From a bacterium (GTDB taxonomy: Bacteria > Patescibacteriota > Minisyncoccia > Phycocordibacterales > Phycocordibacteraceae): a stretch of DNA of 64,000 nt. Every line of letters starts with the position of its first letter. Position 1 is the stretch's first letter. The position numbers and the translations under genes are program-made. Location of the stretch: NCBI GenBank assembly GCA_021802705.1, contig JAJZRL010000002.1, forward strand, positions 25,913 through 89,912. Direction: 5' to 3'. Shown here piece by piece: positions 63,152 through 64,000 of this stretch. The notes below the pieces were generated by a model. The model did no database searches, had not been told where the DNA came from, and worked only from the letters and a program-made list of their open reading frames with translations.

Positions 63152-64000
63152 GTAAGCAGCACATACGCTGCAAGGACGAAAAGAAAAGAGAACGGCGGAA
63201 GCGGGACACTCGCGAACGGAAGCGCCGCGCTTACGCGCGCGATGCCGATAATGACGGCGGTAACGATATAAGCCGGAAATCCGATGAGAATGCCGAGAAG
63301 CGGCGCGAAAGAGCCGAGGACAATTTCTAAGAGGCCGGTAAGGGCCGACAACCCCATCGTTATGGGTATGAGCGGCATCACGAGCAGGTTCGCCGGGATG
63401 GCGACGAGCGAAAGATTGCCGGTCGCGTAGAGCAGGAGCGGCAGCACGGCGATCTGTGCCGCAAGGGTAGTCGCAAGAGCGTTTTTCCAAAAAGCGTTCC
63501 GCATGAAAGAAAGCAATGTTTCGATACGCGGCGCGAGCCATATGAGGCCGCCGGTCGCCGCGACCGAGAGGTCGAAGCCCGGATCAAAGGCGAGCGAGAG
63601 CGGATTCCACATGAGCATGAGAAAGACGACGATGAGCAGCGCGCGGCCGGCTTCGTAGGAACGGCCGCTTGCGCGTGCATAGAGCGCGATGAATGCCATG
63701 AGCATGGCGCGCACCGCCGTTGCCGACGCGCCGGCGACACCGACGAATACGAGAACGGTAGATGCTCCAAGCACCGTGCTCCATCGTCGCGGCACATGAG
63801 CGAACGCAAACGCGCTCATCACCCATTCGGCGACAACCATGACGTTGTAGCCCGAGAGCACCACGATCTGCGCGAGGCCGGAGCGGAAGAATACGTCCCG
63901 CAATTCTTCTCCGAGGCTTGCCTTCCCTCCTATCACGATACCGCCGGCAAGCGCGCTTTCCGGTTCAGGCAGTGCCAAGGCAAGGCCGTCGAGGAACGCG
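63082..64000 (-). CDS. comEC: ComEC/Rec2 competence-domain membrane protein (5' end beyond window)
   Basis: LPEPESALAGGIVIGGKASLGEELRDVFFRSGLAQIVVLSGYNVMVV matches the ComEC competence-domain core. Reading frame is open to position 64000; polytopic. Confidence 0.7.
   Translation of the reverse strand, partial: AFLDGLALALPEPESALAGGIVIGGKASLGEELRDVFFRSGLAQIVVLSGYNVMVVAEWVMSAFAFAHVPRRWSTVLGASTVLVFVGVAGASATAVRAMLMAFIALYARASGRSYEAGRALLIVVFLMLMWNPLSLAFDPGFDLSVAATGGLIWLAPRIETLLSFMRNAFWKNALATTLAAQIAVLPLLLYATGNLSLVAIPANLLVMPLIPITMGLSALTGLLEIVLGSFAPLLGILIGFPAYIVTAVIIGIARVSAALPFASVPLPPFSFLFVLAAYVLLTYFAASKRFSTTLQLRFAKKASI

Noticed and set aside
1-64000. Search for CRISPR arrays, IS elements, integrases, reverse transcriptases and in-frame TGA recoding
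   Set aside because: No regularly spaced direct repeats, no transposase/integrase/RT-like ORFs, and all confidently identified genes read through without internal TGA. None called.

Overview
High-GC (~60%) bacterial chromosome segment with compact, mostly minus-strand gene organisation. The overall character suggests a reduced-genome, Patescibacteria/CPR-like organism: short proteins, many Ser/Thr-rich secreted proteins, no rplA after rplK, and type IV pilus genes. It reads as standard genetic code; no in-frame TGA recoding was evident.

Core content identified:
- The replication-origin neighbourhood: dnaN and dnaA on the minus strand, divergent from rpmH-rnpA-yidC, with a DnaA-box-like palindrome between dnaN and dnaA.
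- Two aminoacyl-tRNA synthetases (ileS, argS), the ribosomal proteins L11, L19, S20, L28 and L34, and the secE-nusG-rplK operon.
- Recombination and repair genes: recO, ruvX, ruvA, ruvB, ruvC and yebC, plus polA and a holA-like gene.
- A class A penicillin-binding protein and a MurE-like ligase, G6PD (zwf), and type IV pilus components (pilMNO and pilB, in separate clusters).
- Nine tRNA genes and several rho-independent terminators.

Most unusual observations:
1. An IleRS that carries an embedded histidine-phosphatase (PGAM-like) domain.
2. A minimal VirB3/VirB4/VirB6-like type IV secretion cluster, with VirB4 split across two frames and a low-GC VirB2-like gene.
3. A ~2 kb low-GC island inserted 3' of tRNA-Lys carrying a translationally coupled three-gene cassette of unknown function.
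4. An oxygen-handling gene set (alternative oxidase, Fe/Mn SOD-like protein, ABM monooxygenase).
5. A ComEC gene broken into a competence domain and a catalytically degenerate metallo-beta-lactamase (MBL) domain, separated by SOD.
6. A membrane-anchored Clp ATPase with a degenerate first nucleotide-binding domain.
7. A DedA-PAP2-LssY_C three-domain fusion.
8. Several Cys-rich small proteins.

No CRISPR array, transposase or integrase was seen.
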